Origin: Rhizaria sp. SCN 62-66
Taxonomy: Eukaryota
Reading direction: 5' to 3'
Assembly (NCBI GenBank): GCA_001724265.1
Contig: MEDY01000009.1
Location: forward strand, 1 to 64,000
DNA length: 64,000 bases
The notes beneath the pieces were generated by a model. The model ran no database searches. It was not told the origin of the DNA and saw nothing but the letters and a program-made list of their open reading frames with translations. A program made the position numbers and the translations under genes. Positions within the stretch are counted from its first letter, which is position 1. Each line of letters opens with the position of its first letter. Of this stretch, positions 12,501 to 24,000 are shown in pieces.

Positions 12501-14401
12501 CGGCAACCAGCTCCTCACACTTGGCGAACTCCTTCTGGATCTGCTGACATAGTGACGTCCGCTTCTTGTCCGCAGCCACGAGCTTGCGCTCCACGTTCTT
12601 GCGCGTCTTCTCGTCCATCACAATCACGTCGCTGCCGCCACCAACGCCGCCAGAGCCCGAGCCCGAGGCCGAGGCGGGCGACAGCGTCACGCTGTGCATC
12701 GCAGCGACCGAAGACGCGATATTACCGCTGCCGGGGATGGAGCCGAGCGCGCCAACCTCGCCGCCGCTGCTGTTGGCGTCGCCCGCACCCGCGCCCGCGG
12801 CGGCCGAGGTGGGGTACATGACGCTGAACACGCGCTGCAGCTCCCCGTCAGCCTCGACCAGCAGGCGCCACGAGGCGTAGCAGCGCTGCCGCTGCCGCGC
12901 CACCTGTTCTTTCGCCTTGAGCAGCTCCGAGGTGGCGCGCATCTCCTCGCTCACAATGCCCTTGCGGATCGAGTCGAGCTCGCGGTGCGAGGCGGTGGCC
13001 GGACCCGCGACGTCGGTGTCGAGCGCGCACGCCACGGCCTCGGCCTGCCGCGCCGTCGCCAGAGCCGTCGCTATCAGCGCGCCGTGCGCCGCGGCGTGCG
13101 ACGCGCAGCGGTCGATGCCGTGCTGTTGCAGTGCTTTCTCGCCGCTGCTCTGCTCGGCGCGCGCGTCCGCAGCCAGGTCCTTGCCGAACTCGGCCAGCCG
13201 CGCAGACATCTTTTTCGCGAACCCGGCAAGGCGCTTGAGCGAGTGCAGTCCCGCGTCGACCTGCGCGTGCACGAGGGGGAACTTATGGTCCAGCGTCCCA
13301 GGGTACGACGCGTGCTGCTGCTGCTGCTGGGAGCTCTTGTTCGAGGGGCTGATGGCGCGCCAGTTGGGCTTGCCGCTGCTTGGCGCCGCTGTGTTCACGG
13401 CCAGGCCGGCCGCCGGGCCCATCCCCGGACTAAAGTCCCCCGACGTGAAGGTCATCGTGCGCTGGCGCGCCGTCGCCGGCAGCGCAGGAGCTGCGCCAGC
13501 GGCCGTAGCGGCAGCGGGCTGGTTGCCAACCGGGCTACCACCGGCGCTCATGGCGCTCGAGCTCGCTGCGTTGGCGGTCGAGCCCGCCGATGATTGCGAG
13601 TTAAGCTGCGTGAAGGACTGCGAGAAGGACGCCGAGGACAGCGACGACGGGCCCGACGTCAGCGCGAGCGGAGTGGGCGTGAAGCCGGGCGTGCCCGGCG
13701 CGGTCGGCGCCTGGGCCTGGGCCTGGGCCTGCGACTGTAAAGGGGTCGAGGGCCCGCCGGCGGGCGGAGGCGGCGGCGGCGGCGGCGGGGCGGTCACTGT
13801 GCTGTTGTTGCGTGCGGCGCCGAGCAGCGGAGACGGAGACGAGCCGCCAGTGAGCACGCTGGAGCCCGCGCCGAGCTTGCTCGCCGTGGTCATAACGCTG
13901 CCGCTGCCGCTGCTGGTGGAGTGGGCGAACGAGGCTGAGACGCCGCGGGTCGGAGAGCCAAACAGACTCGACGCAGTGTGGCTACCGCTGGAACCCGCGC
14001 CAGCCCCCGTGCTGGAGCCGGTGACAAAGTTGGCGTTAGATGACACGGGCACGAAGGACGAGGACGACGACGACGACGACGACGAGGACGGAGGCACGTA
14101 GGTGGAGTACTGAGCCGAGGCCGAGGCGCCGGTCACGCTCGCGGCGCGCGCGGCCACGCTGGGGCCAGAGCCCGGAACGTAGAGAGAGCCGGAGCTGGAG
14201 CTGGAGCTCGAGCTTGCGGAGGTGGAGGCTGAAGCCGAGGTTGACGCGGAGCCGGTGGACGAGAATGGAGGGTGCGGCGCGGGGGACGCGGTGGTGGCCG
14301 CAGCGGCAGAGGCAGTGACTGAAGGGCGGCTGAATAGCGACGACGCGCGCGGCAGCATCACGGGCGACGGGCCCGAGGTGGTGGAGTTCGTCGCAGTCTG
14401 C

Positions 14402-14479
<78 letters not shown>

Positions 14480-14940
14480 AAGAAGCTGTTGCGAGGGAAC
14501 AGAGAGCCTGAGCTGGGCTGTGCTGACGATGACGCAGCGCCAGCGCCAATACCAGCGCATGTGCCGGCATCAGAGGCGGCGACGGAGAGGCGCTGGCCCT
14601 GCACAGCCTTGGCGATGGACGCTGCGGCGGCGGCGTTCTGCCCCGAGAAGCTGCCCGTGGCGCCCGGTGGGTGGTTTTGCTGCGAGAAGGACGCCCGCGG
14701 CGCGAGCCCGCCGGGCGGGGGACCCATCGACATGCCGGGCACGGCCGAGAGCGCGTTCACTGACAGACGCTGTGGCAGCGGCGCAGAAGTGGCGGAGCTC
14801 GAGGGCGCGGCGGAGGGTGTGACCGTGTGCAGGGGCGCTGTGGGGGCGGAGGGCAGCGGCAGTGGACGGTCCGCGGAGGGCGGGCCTGAGGTGGAGCCCG
14901 CGCGGCCAGGCGGCCACTCGGCCGAGGCGGGTTGCGACAT
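9595..14940 (-). CDS. F-BAR + fragmented SH3 + C-terminal RGS domain protein, ~1781 aa
   Basis: RGS motifs: AFIEHLRREYSVENYEFW, APQQVNL, EIYRLLSQDSLSRFKKT. F-BAR-like helices (VDAGLHSLKRLAGFAKK...MPALMRRMEAIERARL). SH3-like pieces including GSFPASILEPV. N-terminus is low complexity with polyQ. Ends in TAA. Confidence 0.8.
14404..14478 (-). repeat. Pure (CAG)25 trinucleotide tract encoding polyQ
   Basis: 25 uninterrupted CTG units on the + strand, matching Q25 in the ORF. Confidence 0.95.
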
Positions 14941-15581
14941 CACACTGCGCGGTACAGGTGAAGTGTCGTAGTAGTAATTAGTCGACAGAGCTTGTTAAGG
15001 TCGCTGCACAAGCGCATGGGGAAGTAGAATAAGAGCGTTGTGAGAGGAGGGTGGGGCTGACAGAGAAGGGGGGGCGCGCGTGCCCAAGCGCGTGTCTGAG
15101 TACAGGGACTCACAGCGCCGTTTGCAGAAAGAGATATTTTGTGTCATAACGTGTTTGCAACCAAAGTAGTATATTTCAAAAGTGTCGCTCAAATGTGCAT
15201 GTGTGTGACTTAAACCAGACACCCAAAAGATGAAATCTCTGGTCGGACTCCTTCGTCATGGTGGTTCTCAAAAATTCCGGGGCGAGGTCGAACCGTTACC
15301 ACCAAACATTACAAGCTCAATGATGTTCGCTCCTTCAGAGAGCGGCAACAAACGTGTCGTTCTAATATGTTATGTAGACATGACGCATTTATTCGGTCAT
15401 TGACTTGCATTTGCTGCTGACGGACGTCTCCCGCAGCACTACACCTAGAAAGCACTTCCTGTTTCGTTTCCTTAACAGCTCCCCCTCTTTCTTTATCAAC
15501 GCCATTTATGTGGCTGTAACTACCACTCATACGCATATTGTACAACCTCGCGTCATATTTGCTATTTTCGCTACATTGTAG

Positions 15582-17386
15582 ATGGAGTCTGACGGCACCA
15601 GCCAGCTGGCTCTCCGCGCACAGCTTGCACCCGACTTCCAGCAGACTCAACCGCGCGGCCTAGCCAAGTTCGTCTCCGACCCGGCGCCGCACATCCCCGT
15701 GGCGGGCAACAAGTTCTACGCCGACGGCGAAAGCGTTGCCCAGGCCACCTCGACGCAGCCGCGCGACGATTTCTCGCAGATGCCTCTCGATGAGGCCCGT
15801 TGGCGCGCGTCGTTCCAGCGCCAGCCCGGCGTGCAGATGGCCGCCCCGGGCTTCGTCGGCGCGCCGTTGCCTGCCGGCGACTACCGCCACGGTATCCGCA
15901 CGCATATGGGCAGCGACAAAGTCGGCGACGCGCTTAGCACTGCGTACACGTCGTCCCTGGGCGAGTACATCCATCAGCAGAACGAGGCCGTGTACGCGTC
16001 GTCGCGCTTCGAGCCGCTGGGCACCCACTACACGCGCGGCCACAAGCTCCCCGAGGGCTACTACAACGATCCCGCGTACCGCTTCGGCGTTAAGACCTCG
16101 TCCAGCGAGTCCGCCAAGACGGTTATGTACGCGCCACAGCCGCGCGCGGCGTCTTCCCGCGACGGGCCCGTCCCCCAGGGCACCGGCGTGGCCGCCGGGC
16201 TCGACGCCGAGGCCGCTAAGCTCGACCCGCAGTACGTCAGCGAGCGCGAGATCGCGCGCCAGACCACACGCCAGTACGTCTGGCCCGCCGGCTTGGACCC
16301 CACGCAGCACCGCTTCGGCCACGCCGCGCAGCATGCCGACCTGACGGCGAGCCACGGAGTGACCCCGTGCCTTAAGTTCGGCACGCCGGCGGCGCAGGAG
16401 CAGACGCGCATCGGCTCGATCCGGCCGCAGATGGTCGCTAACGTGTGGGGCAACGAGGTCGGCCGCCGGCGCCCGCTCTCGGATGCCATCGCCAAGCTGG
16501 GGCCTGACTTTGTGTTCGGCTCCCGCGGCGCGGCTGTGCAGGTGACCGCCAAGGACAGCATCTACGGCGGCTACACTGCGGATGAGCAGCGACCCGACCG
16601 CGACCTGGGCGCGTCAGTGCGCAAGAGCCAGCCGCTGTACAACGAGCCGCACTCGCTGACGCAGACCGTAGGCGGCGTCACCGTCGCCATGCCCTCTAAC
16701 CAGGTACGTAAGGAAGACTGAGTTAAAAATGATTAGATATATCGTTCTAAAGTGTTGAACTGCACATTACTTTATGCAGATGCGTATCATATTTACCTGA
16801 GATATGGTTCCAAGTCTTTTTGTTTTTGTCCATCTCATTACTAACATTGTTTTCTATTGCATGCTTTCTCTTTTGCTTTCTTCTATCTTAGGTCGCGTTT
16901 GGCGCGCCGACGATCCGGACGGATCGTTCCGAGCCCGTCAAGCGCTCTGTGGCGGACGACCGCAACTACGGCAACTAGCCCACTGCGGCGGATCTGCTCA
17001 TGCCTTCGGCCTACCTGCCCATGGGCGTCTCGCACAGCGACTTCGCGCGGCCGCGCCCCGCGTCGCAGGTGCGCGCGCTCATTAAAGCCGCCGCGCTGTT
17101 CCCCGCGGTTGTCAACAACGACGGCGCGTGGGCCGCGCTTACGGCACAGGTGGCGCCGCACTTCGCGCAGCCGGCGGGCGCGGTGGAGCCCGTCTTCTCG
17201 GTCGACGCCGCGCGCCAGGTCGCCTCGGCCATGACCAACCCCGCGCGTACGGCCCGCGTCTCGCCGGAGCAGGTGCTGCAGGTGCAGCGGCAGCCGCCCG
17301 CGCCCGAGACGGTGCCGCACAACGTGCTCAAGGAGCTCCCGCAGGAGGACAAGGTCCGCATCATTGCCTCGCGCTACCGCCGCTGA
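15582..17386 (+). CDS. EFHB: EFHB/CFAP21-like axonemal protein; exons 15582-16703 and 16892-17386; in-frame TAG at 16976-16978; ~538 aa
   Basis: Exon 1 has EAVYASSRFEPLG...LPEG...FGVKT...SAK. Exon 2 reads VAFGAPTIRTDRSEPVKRSVADDRNYGN*PTAADLLMPSAYLPMGVSHSDFARPR, matching the EFHB C-terminal motif FGxPTIRxD...NYG-[DE]-E...LLxP...DF. Ends in TGA. Confidence 0.8.
16704..16891 (+). other. Spliceosomal intron (188 nt, phase 0)
   Basis: Donor CAG|GTACGT, AT-rich body, TACTAAC branch-like site at 16839-16845, pyrimidine tract and TAG acceptor. Splicing joins in frame to the conserved motif. Confidence 0.88.
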
Positions 17387-17809
17387 ACAAACCAACGACA
17401 AGCAACTGGAAAAAAACGCCGAAGTCTCAATAGACGATTGAGGACAAGTACATGAATTGTTGTGTGCTATTTTTGTGATATGTGTTGTTCTATAGCTGAT
17501 ATTGAGAAACACACAATGTCTCGAGATAGCAATCGGGCCATGTTGAGATTAAGACCAGCTAAAGCTTGTGTTGCGCTGTCACTCCCCCACTTGCTAATTC
17601 TCATCATGCAAACAAAATAATGAATACAAAGCTCTACTAAACGATCACAAAATTAAATCTTTTGTATTTGTAATATATACACCTCAATCAAAACCCGTCA
17701 TCCCGTTTACTCTATCTATATTATGATAAATCGTTTGTTTGTTTGTTGTTTAGTGTGCGGTCAGCGTGCGAACTGAACTACACTGCTGCATATGGTGTTG
17801 GTTCGGCAC

Positions 17810-18904
17810 TTACATGAAGATGCCCTTCTCGAGCGAGTGCTCCTTAAAGCCCTTGTGGGGGCAGACGACGGCCTCGTAGAGCATGACCTCGCTGGCGACC
17901 TCGACGTCCTCGCCCAGGAAGCACTTCTCGACGTGGGCCCACTTCGCGATCTTGCTTTCCCAGCCCACGATCGAGGTCTTGACGACAGAGTGCGCGTCCA
18001 CGGTCGTGCCAGCCATGAGCGTGCAGTTGTTAAGCCGCACGCCGTCGCCGATGACGCAGCCGGGGCCGATGACGACGTCGGGGCCGATAGAACAGCCCGC
18101 GCCGACCTTGGCAGAGGGGTCGATGACGACGTTGCCTGTGATGCCGGCACCACGCGCCAGTTGCTCAGGCTTGCGGCGCGCGAGCATGGTGAGGTGCAAG
18201 TGCGTGCCGATGAGGAAGTCCTTGGGCTGGCCGACGTCCATCCAGTAGCCCGGCAGGATCATCGAGTGGACCTGTTCGTCGACGACCATGGCGGGGAAGA
18301 TCTGGCGCTCGATCGACATGGCCACGGGCTCGGTCGGGATGCGCGACAGCACGCTCTTGTTGAGCAGGTAGATGCCCGCGTTGATCTTGTTCGAGGGCAG
18401 GTTTGTGGCGCCGGGCGCGGGCTTCTCGAGGAACTGGATGATCTTGCCATCGGCGTTGGAGACGACGAGGCCGTACTTAGAGGGGTCCTCGACGGGCGTG
18501 ACGAGGATCGTGCCCTCCTTGCCGTGGTCCTTGTGATAGTTGAGCATCTCCACCAGCGGGAACTCGCAGGCGACGTCGGAGTTGAGCATGAAGAAGGGCG
18601 CGTCGTCCTCGAGCAGCTTGGCGCGGCACAGGCCGAGCGGACCGGCGGTGCCGAGGGGCGTCTCCTCGATCGAGAACACGACCTTGATCTTGTACTTGGT
18701 CTCGACGTTCTTCATGAAGTCCATCATAAGCGTGGGCATGTGGCCGACGGCAAGGATGATCTCCGTCACGCCCGCCTCGACCAGTGCCGCGATCTGGTGC
18801 TCGACGATGGCGACGTTGACGAAGGGCACGCAGGGCTTGGGCTGCGAGAAGGTGAAGGGGCGCAGACGCGTGCCGAAGCCGCCGACGAGGATAACCGCCT
18901 TCAT
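17810..18904 (-). CDS. GMPPB: Mannose-1-phosphate guanylyltransferase (GDP-mannose pyrophosphorylase beta), 364 aa
   Basis: MKAVILVGGFGTRLRPFTFSQPKP, ETPLGTAGPL, DPSKYG, FLEKP, KINAGIYLLN, SIERQIFP, GYWMDVGQPKDF and a hexapeptide-repeat C-terminus. True start is ATG 18904. Ends in TAA. Confidence 0.95.
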   Translation of the reverse strand: MKAVILVGGFGTRLRPFTFSQPKPCVPFVNVAIVEHQIAALVEAGVTEIILAVGHMPTLMMDFMKNVETKYKIKVVFSIEETPLGTAGPLGLCRAKLLEDDAPFFMLNSDVACEFPLVEMLNYHKDHGKEGTILVTPVEDPSKYGLVVSNADGKIIQFLEKPAPGATNLPSNKINAGIYLLNKSVLSRIPTEPVAMSIERQIFPAMVVDEQVHSMILPGYWMDVGQPKDFLIGTHLHLTMLARRKPEQLARGAGITGNVVIDPSAKVGAGCSIGPDVVIGPGCVIGDGVRLNNCTLMAGTTVDAHSVVKTSIVGWESKIAKWAHVEKCFLGEDVEVASEVMLYEAVVCPHKGFKEHSLEKGIFM

Positions 18905-19572
18905 GGAGAGTAAGAGAGGGTCTGTGGTAGACAAAAAAGTAGCGTGGTGATGAAGACATATGCATTCAGTGAGCGAAAAGCGCCTTGGGCGGGGTTGTAA
19001 CGGAGGACGATGATGCTGACAGTGCCGGATGGTGTGACAGCGAAAGAAGGGCTTCAGATCAGGATATAACGGCAGCTGCAAGCAAAATTATTAAGTTGCT
19101 GAAAACAACAAAAATGTTTTCAACCTGAGAAGAAATAACTGCTCTCATCAGCGGAACTCACAGTCTACAGCAAACACGGATAGATCGAGTTTCGTCGGAT
19201 GACCGATAGACCAGCAAAATGCCTTTTTTCGGTCTCGTCGGTTGTGAGCGTGGAAGAGAAAGAAGAGGTCAAAGAAGAACACTCTTGTGGTCAGGTTTTG
19301 AGTGGTCCAGATCTCATCTGTTTCACGTTGTTTTCTTATCTCGTCCAGTGTCCATATTTATTTCGATGTGTACTGCCTAAATCTTTTAGTCAGATCCCCT
19401 GAAAAGATGCACATGTCCTTGTATCTCCAGGCTGCTTGTGATGAGAGATAGGTCGTTTGAGACCCAGAGCTGTTGGCATCACCAACCTCACTTGCACTCA
19501 CTTTCTCACACCGACTCATCATTTGACCACGATTTATCACTTTGCTCCACCTCCTCATAGACAAGGGTACCC

Positions 19573-20502
19573 ATGCAGTTTCAGCAGGCACCCGTTGAGA
19601 CCTTCGAGGGTCCTTCCCAGCGCACCACGTACGTTCCCACAACCACCAACAACCTCCCTTTCTCCCACAGCCCTGCTACAGCCCCACTATATCATCCAAG
19701 CCAGCTCAAACCGCGGTATCCCCATATTTCCTACTAGATATCTTATGTTCATCTTACACCATGCTCACTACCACATCTCATCTTCACCCTCATATGCCTT
19801 GCTTTTCTATCCATCTTCGACAGCGAGCCCGTGGTTGTTGGCGCGTCCGTGCTCGCGATCACGTACAAGGACGGCGTGATGGTGATGTGCGACACGGGTG
19901 CCTCCTACGGCTCCCTCGCGCGCTTCACCAACATCGAGCGCATGAAGCAGGTCAACGCCAAGACGCTCGTCGCGGTCGGCGGTGAGCACTCGGACGCACA
20001 GTTCCTGGATCAGTTCTACCACGACGTGGAGCTGGAGGACTTCATGGCCAACGACGGCCACGTGCGCGCGCCCGAGGAGCTGCACTCGATTGCGTGCCGC
20101 GTCATGCATAACTACCGCTCGCGCGGCGACCCGCTGTGGAACCAGATCGTGACGTGTGGCATCTCTCGCCAGAACAAGCCCTTCATCGGGTACGTTGACC
20201 TCTACGGTACCAACCACGTCGATGACATCGTCGTGACGGGCTTCGGCATGCACATGGCGCTCCCGCTGCTGCGCAAGACGTGGCGGCCCGAGATGAACGA
20301 GGCCGATGCGCGCCAGGCGCTCGAGGACGCGATGCGCGTGCTCGTCTACCGCCATTGCCGCACCATCAACAAGTTCCAAGTCGGCATGGCGAAGGTCGAC
20401 GGTAGCATCACCATCTCAGAGCCCTACGCGCTCGAGACCAAGTGGGACTACAACCGCTTTGTCAACCCGCGCGCGCAGGAGGTCCCGCTGCCCCAGCTCT
20501 AA
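19573..20502 (+). CDS. PSMB4: 20S proteasome subunit beta-7 (PSMB4/PRE4); exons 19573-19628 and 19824-20502; 244 aa
   Basis: Spliced product reads MQFQQAPVETFEGPSQRTTEPVVVGASVLAITYKDGV...SYGSLARF...GGEHSDAQ...DPLWN...TGFGMHMALPLLR...RVLVYR. Ends in TAA. Confidence 0.93.
19629..19823 (+). other. Spliceosomal intron (195 nt, phase 2)
   Basis: GTACGT...CAG. Removal restores the conserved RT-x-x-P-x-V-x-G-x-SVL N-terminus of beta-7. Confidence 0.88.
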
Positions 20503-21004
20503 GAAAGCACGTGCGCCCTCAGAGCAGAGGCTGCAAACCACAGCGAGGAGCTGTGTTGCACGCCAACGCATGTGAACGTAGATTACAAAGATAAAGAATA
20601 GATTGGGTTCGTGTGAACCTGTGAATACTAGACCAACAGAAAAAGAACAGAAATAAGCTACAAAATACACAGTCAAACTTAATATCGACACTTGCATCCA
20701 TACATGGTATCTATTGTTCGGCTTTATGCCATTTCAGACACCCGCGTGACTGAGACACGTTGCAGAAGATCGGACCAAAAGCAGACTACGAGGCACATTT
20801 TAGAAACCAAGATTTCGGGTCGTGGTCATCGTCAAATAAGTTTCGGCTGCTTTGCACGGAACGCAACTTATTGTTTTCAAACGGTTATTTCTTTTATTTT
20901 GTATAAACCCCTGTTTCATAGCGATTATCTCTCCGGAAGAATATCGCTCGTTGACTGCATAATCAAGCAGGCTGTCACTTGCTCCAGCCGCGCTCTCTTA
21001 CCCC

Positions 21005-24000
21005 ATGCAGCTATTCCGCGGCATCACTAAGGCACTTGCGGGCGTCGCCGATGCGGCTACAGGTCCCTCGAACAAGTACTCCGCCGTGCACGTCGCCCCG
21101 ACCCCGCTGCAGCACTTGCCCTTCGTGGTCGACCCCCTGCACCAGCCCTCGGCGGCAATATCGTCGACAGGCTCTCCCAGCACAGCAACCGTGACCGATG
21201 CGTCGGACCCTGGGGCAGGCAAAATCCGCTGGGTGTGTGACGACGAGGTGGCGAACTGCCAGACGTGTGCGGCTCCGTTCACGGCCTTTTTCTCGCGCCG
21301 CCACCACTGCCGCGCGTGTGGCCAGGTCGTGTGCAGCGCCTGCTCCCGCGGTCGCCGCGCGCTGCCGCACCTAACCCGCTCCCGCCGACGCGAGCGCGTG
21401 TGTATTGAGTGTCAATGCGAGATTGACTGCGTGCGCCGCGGCGTGGACATCGACGCCATTTTCCACTTCATCGACCGCTACGTGGCAGAGATGCGCGGGA
21501 TCTCATCCGCCATCGCGACGCCGCCCACGGCCGCGGACGCGGCGCGCGAGTCGGCCTGGCTGCGCGCTTTCTTCGCGACGCTGCACGCGAGCTTTGCTTC
21601 TGCGGCCGCGCTTTCGGCGCACGCCCCCGACGGCGACCTCATCATCACCGAGTGCGCCGAGCCCTCGCCCTCGCATACAGCCGCCGTCGCCGCAGACGGC
21701 GCCGCGTTCCGGGCGCTCGCCGCGCCGTCGCAGGTCCGCGCCGCAGTCGCGCTTGTTACCTGGGTGCTTGCCGGCGACGACGGGCGCGCGCAGGCCGCCG
21801 CCGCAGCGGCGCAGGCACCAGCGGCCACGGCCAGTGCCAGTGCCAATGCCAGTGCGACTGGTGTCACGTCGCCGTTCACTTCGATCGCACTATCCCAGTC
21901 GGCCAGCAACGTGGCAGCGCAGCCGTCGTCGTCTCCCAACGGCGGCAACGGCGGCTCTGCGCATAGTCATTTGCTGACAGTGCTTGAGGGCCGCGCGCTG
22001 CACCGGCTGCTGTCGTCCATCTCGTCAGTCTACGTCGCCGAAGCCGTGGCCGAGTGCGTGGCCGCCGCGGCGGAGGCTTCGCTCGCTGCAGTGGCCGCGC
22101 TGCCGCCGGCGCCCACGCCCGCGCCGGCTGCCGACGACGGCGAGAGCAAAACCAACGGTGGGGAGCTGGAGAGCGACGTGACCGGACTCGACGACATCAC
22201 CTTCTCCGAAGACACTAATACTACCGACAACGGCGACGCCACGGTGGTCTACTGCACATGCCCCGAGTCTGCCGCGGGCGAGAGCGACTCTATTGGCTCT
22301 GGCCCCGGCTCCGGCTCCGGGGTGGGCTCGTGCCCCGCGTGTCGCGCGCACACCGCGCTGCTGCGGCGTCTGCAGCGCACCATGTCGCGCACCGTCGTCG
22401 CGGCCTCGCACTGCCAGCGAGCGGCGCAGACGCTGCGCGCGGGCACCGCGGGCTTCATCGGGCCCGTCGTGCTCAGCAACGACGTCGGTGCGCTCGCCGC
22501 GCCCGCCGCCAACACCCTGTGGGGAGTGCTGCATCAGGCCCCGCAGACGCGCGCCGAGGCCGCCGCCGCCGTCGCCGCCTCGGCTATGACAACGGCTGCG
22601 CCTGCTACGGATAGCTCGCTGGGTGAGAGCTCAGCAACGTTGCCTTCTGCGAGTGCGGATAACGCCGCTGCCGCGTCTGTCGCGCCGTCGTTCCCGCTGC
22701 AGCGCCTGCTGGTTGTGACGCCGGGCCACAACCCGCTCATCGTGCTCACCGGCTTCGTGCGCCCCGTCGACTTCTGCGGCGTCTATCAGACGCTGCCCCA
22801 TAGTGACGAGGCGGGGGACCCCGGCTGCGACCGCGCCATGCGCCGGCGACTGGCGCTCGTGCTAGGCGCTGAAGCATTCGCCAAGGCCGGCGCAGTGTCA
22901 CACCAGACTGCGCCGCTGATGAGCGCCCTCAAGCCGCTGCTCTCAGCCGCGTTGTGTGGTGCTCAGACCGCGAACGCTGCCGGCGCCAACGCCTACTCAG
23001 CGGGCTCCTCCGCGACGTCGCCCGTGACGGCCTCCGGCAGCAACCTCGCCCCCGCGCAGCAGCAGCAAGAGTCCGTCATGGTCGACGCCGTCGCCGACAT
23101 CGCTAGCGGCAGCACAGCGCTGGCGGCGCTCCCACGCGCGCGCGTGACGCTGGCGAACCGCCACGCGTCGCTGCTGGCCAGTCTGAGCGGCGTGGCGATC
23201 CGGTTCATCACGCCGCAGACCGGGAGCCAGGCCGCGGGTGACGACTCGGCCTCGTCGCGGTCGACCGCAGGCAGCAGCATCGGCAGCATGCTCAGCGGCG
23301 GCGGCGGCAGCGCGGGCGCGCACAAGCACCACGCTGTCGCCGTCCCGCACCGCGGCGACAGCAGCAACAACGGCAGCAGCAGTGCAAACACCACAGTGAC
23401 CTCGTGGACCGCGCCCGCGCTTGCGCTCGCGGTGCCGCCCTCGGCTGCCGCGGCCGCCGCCTCCGCTGCGGCAGCCGCGGGGGCCGAGCACGTGCCCACA
23501 GTGCCGCTGCCGACCTCCGTCTCGCACGCGGTCACCGCGCCCGGTTCGAGCCACCCGGCCACCGCGAGCGCGCTGGACTCGCCCGCGCTGGCACTGGTGT
23601 CGTCGCCCTTCTCGGCCGTGCCCGCCACCGTGGGCTTCGTCCCCAGCTCTGCCGTCCCCGCCGCGGGCTACGGCAGCGCCGGCAGCGGGGGCGACGGCAG
23701 CGGCTCCGTGTCGGTGGCCGTCGACCCTTCGGCCGCGAGCAACAGCAGCGGCAGTGGTCTGGTTGCGCCGACGCCCACCGCGGGCGCCTCGGCCCGGCGT
23801 GCGTTCGGCGGCGGCCGCAGCAGCCTCTCGGCCTCGCGCCACGGCCACGGCAGCGACGGCGCGCGCTTCATGTCCCCGCCGCAGGCCGGGCTGCGCGCGT
23901 TGCAGACGTGTGGGCTGGCCGGCTCCGTCTTCGCTTGCGCGCTCGCCGTGCCCGTCGACGTCGCCGGCGGCGTCAAGAGGCTCGACCCGCCGTCGCCGCT

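Noticed and set aside
16719-16721. Apparent TGA ending ORF 15582-16721 (likewise TGA 31834-31836)
   Set aside because: Both lie inside AT-rich GT-AG introns, so they are not evidence for UGA recoding.
18905-19081. N-terminal extensions given by the ORF track from upstream or near-cognate starts (also 59174-59596, 60011-60112, 30127-30234, 30622-30740, 31894-31978)
   Set aside because: They fall in AT-rich UTR or intron sequence. Conserved or signal-peptide starts lie at downstream ATGs or on separate exons.
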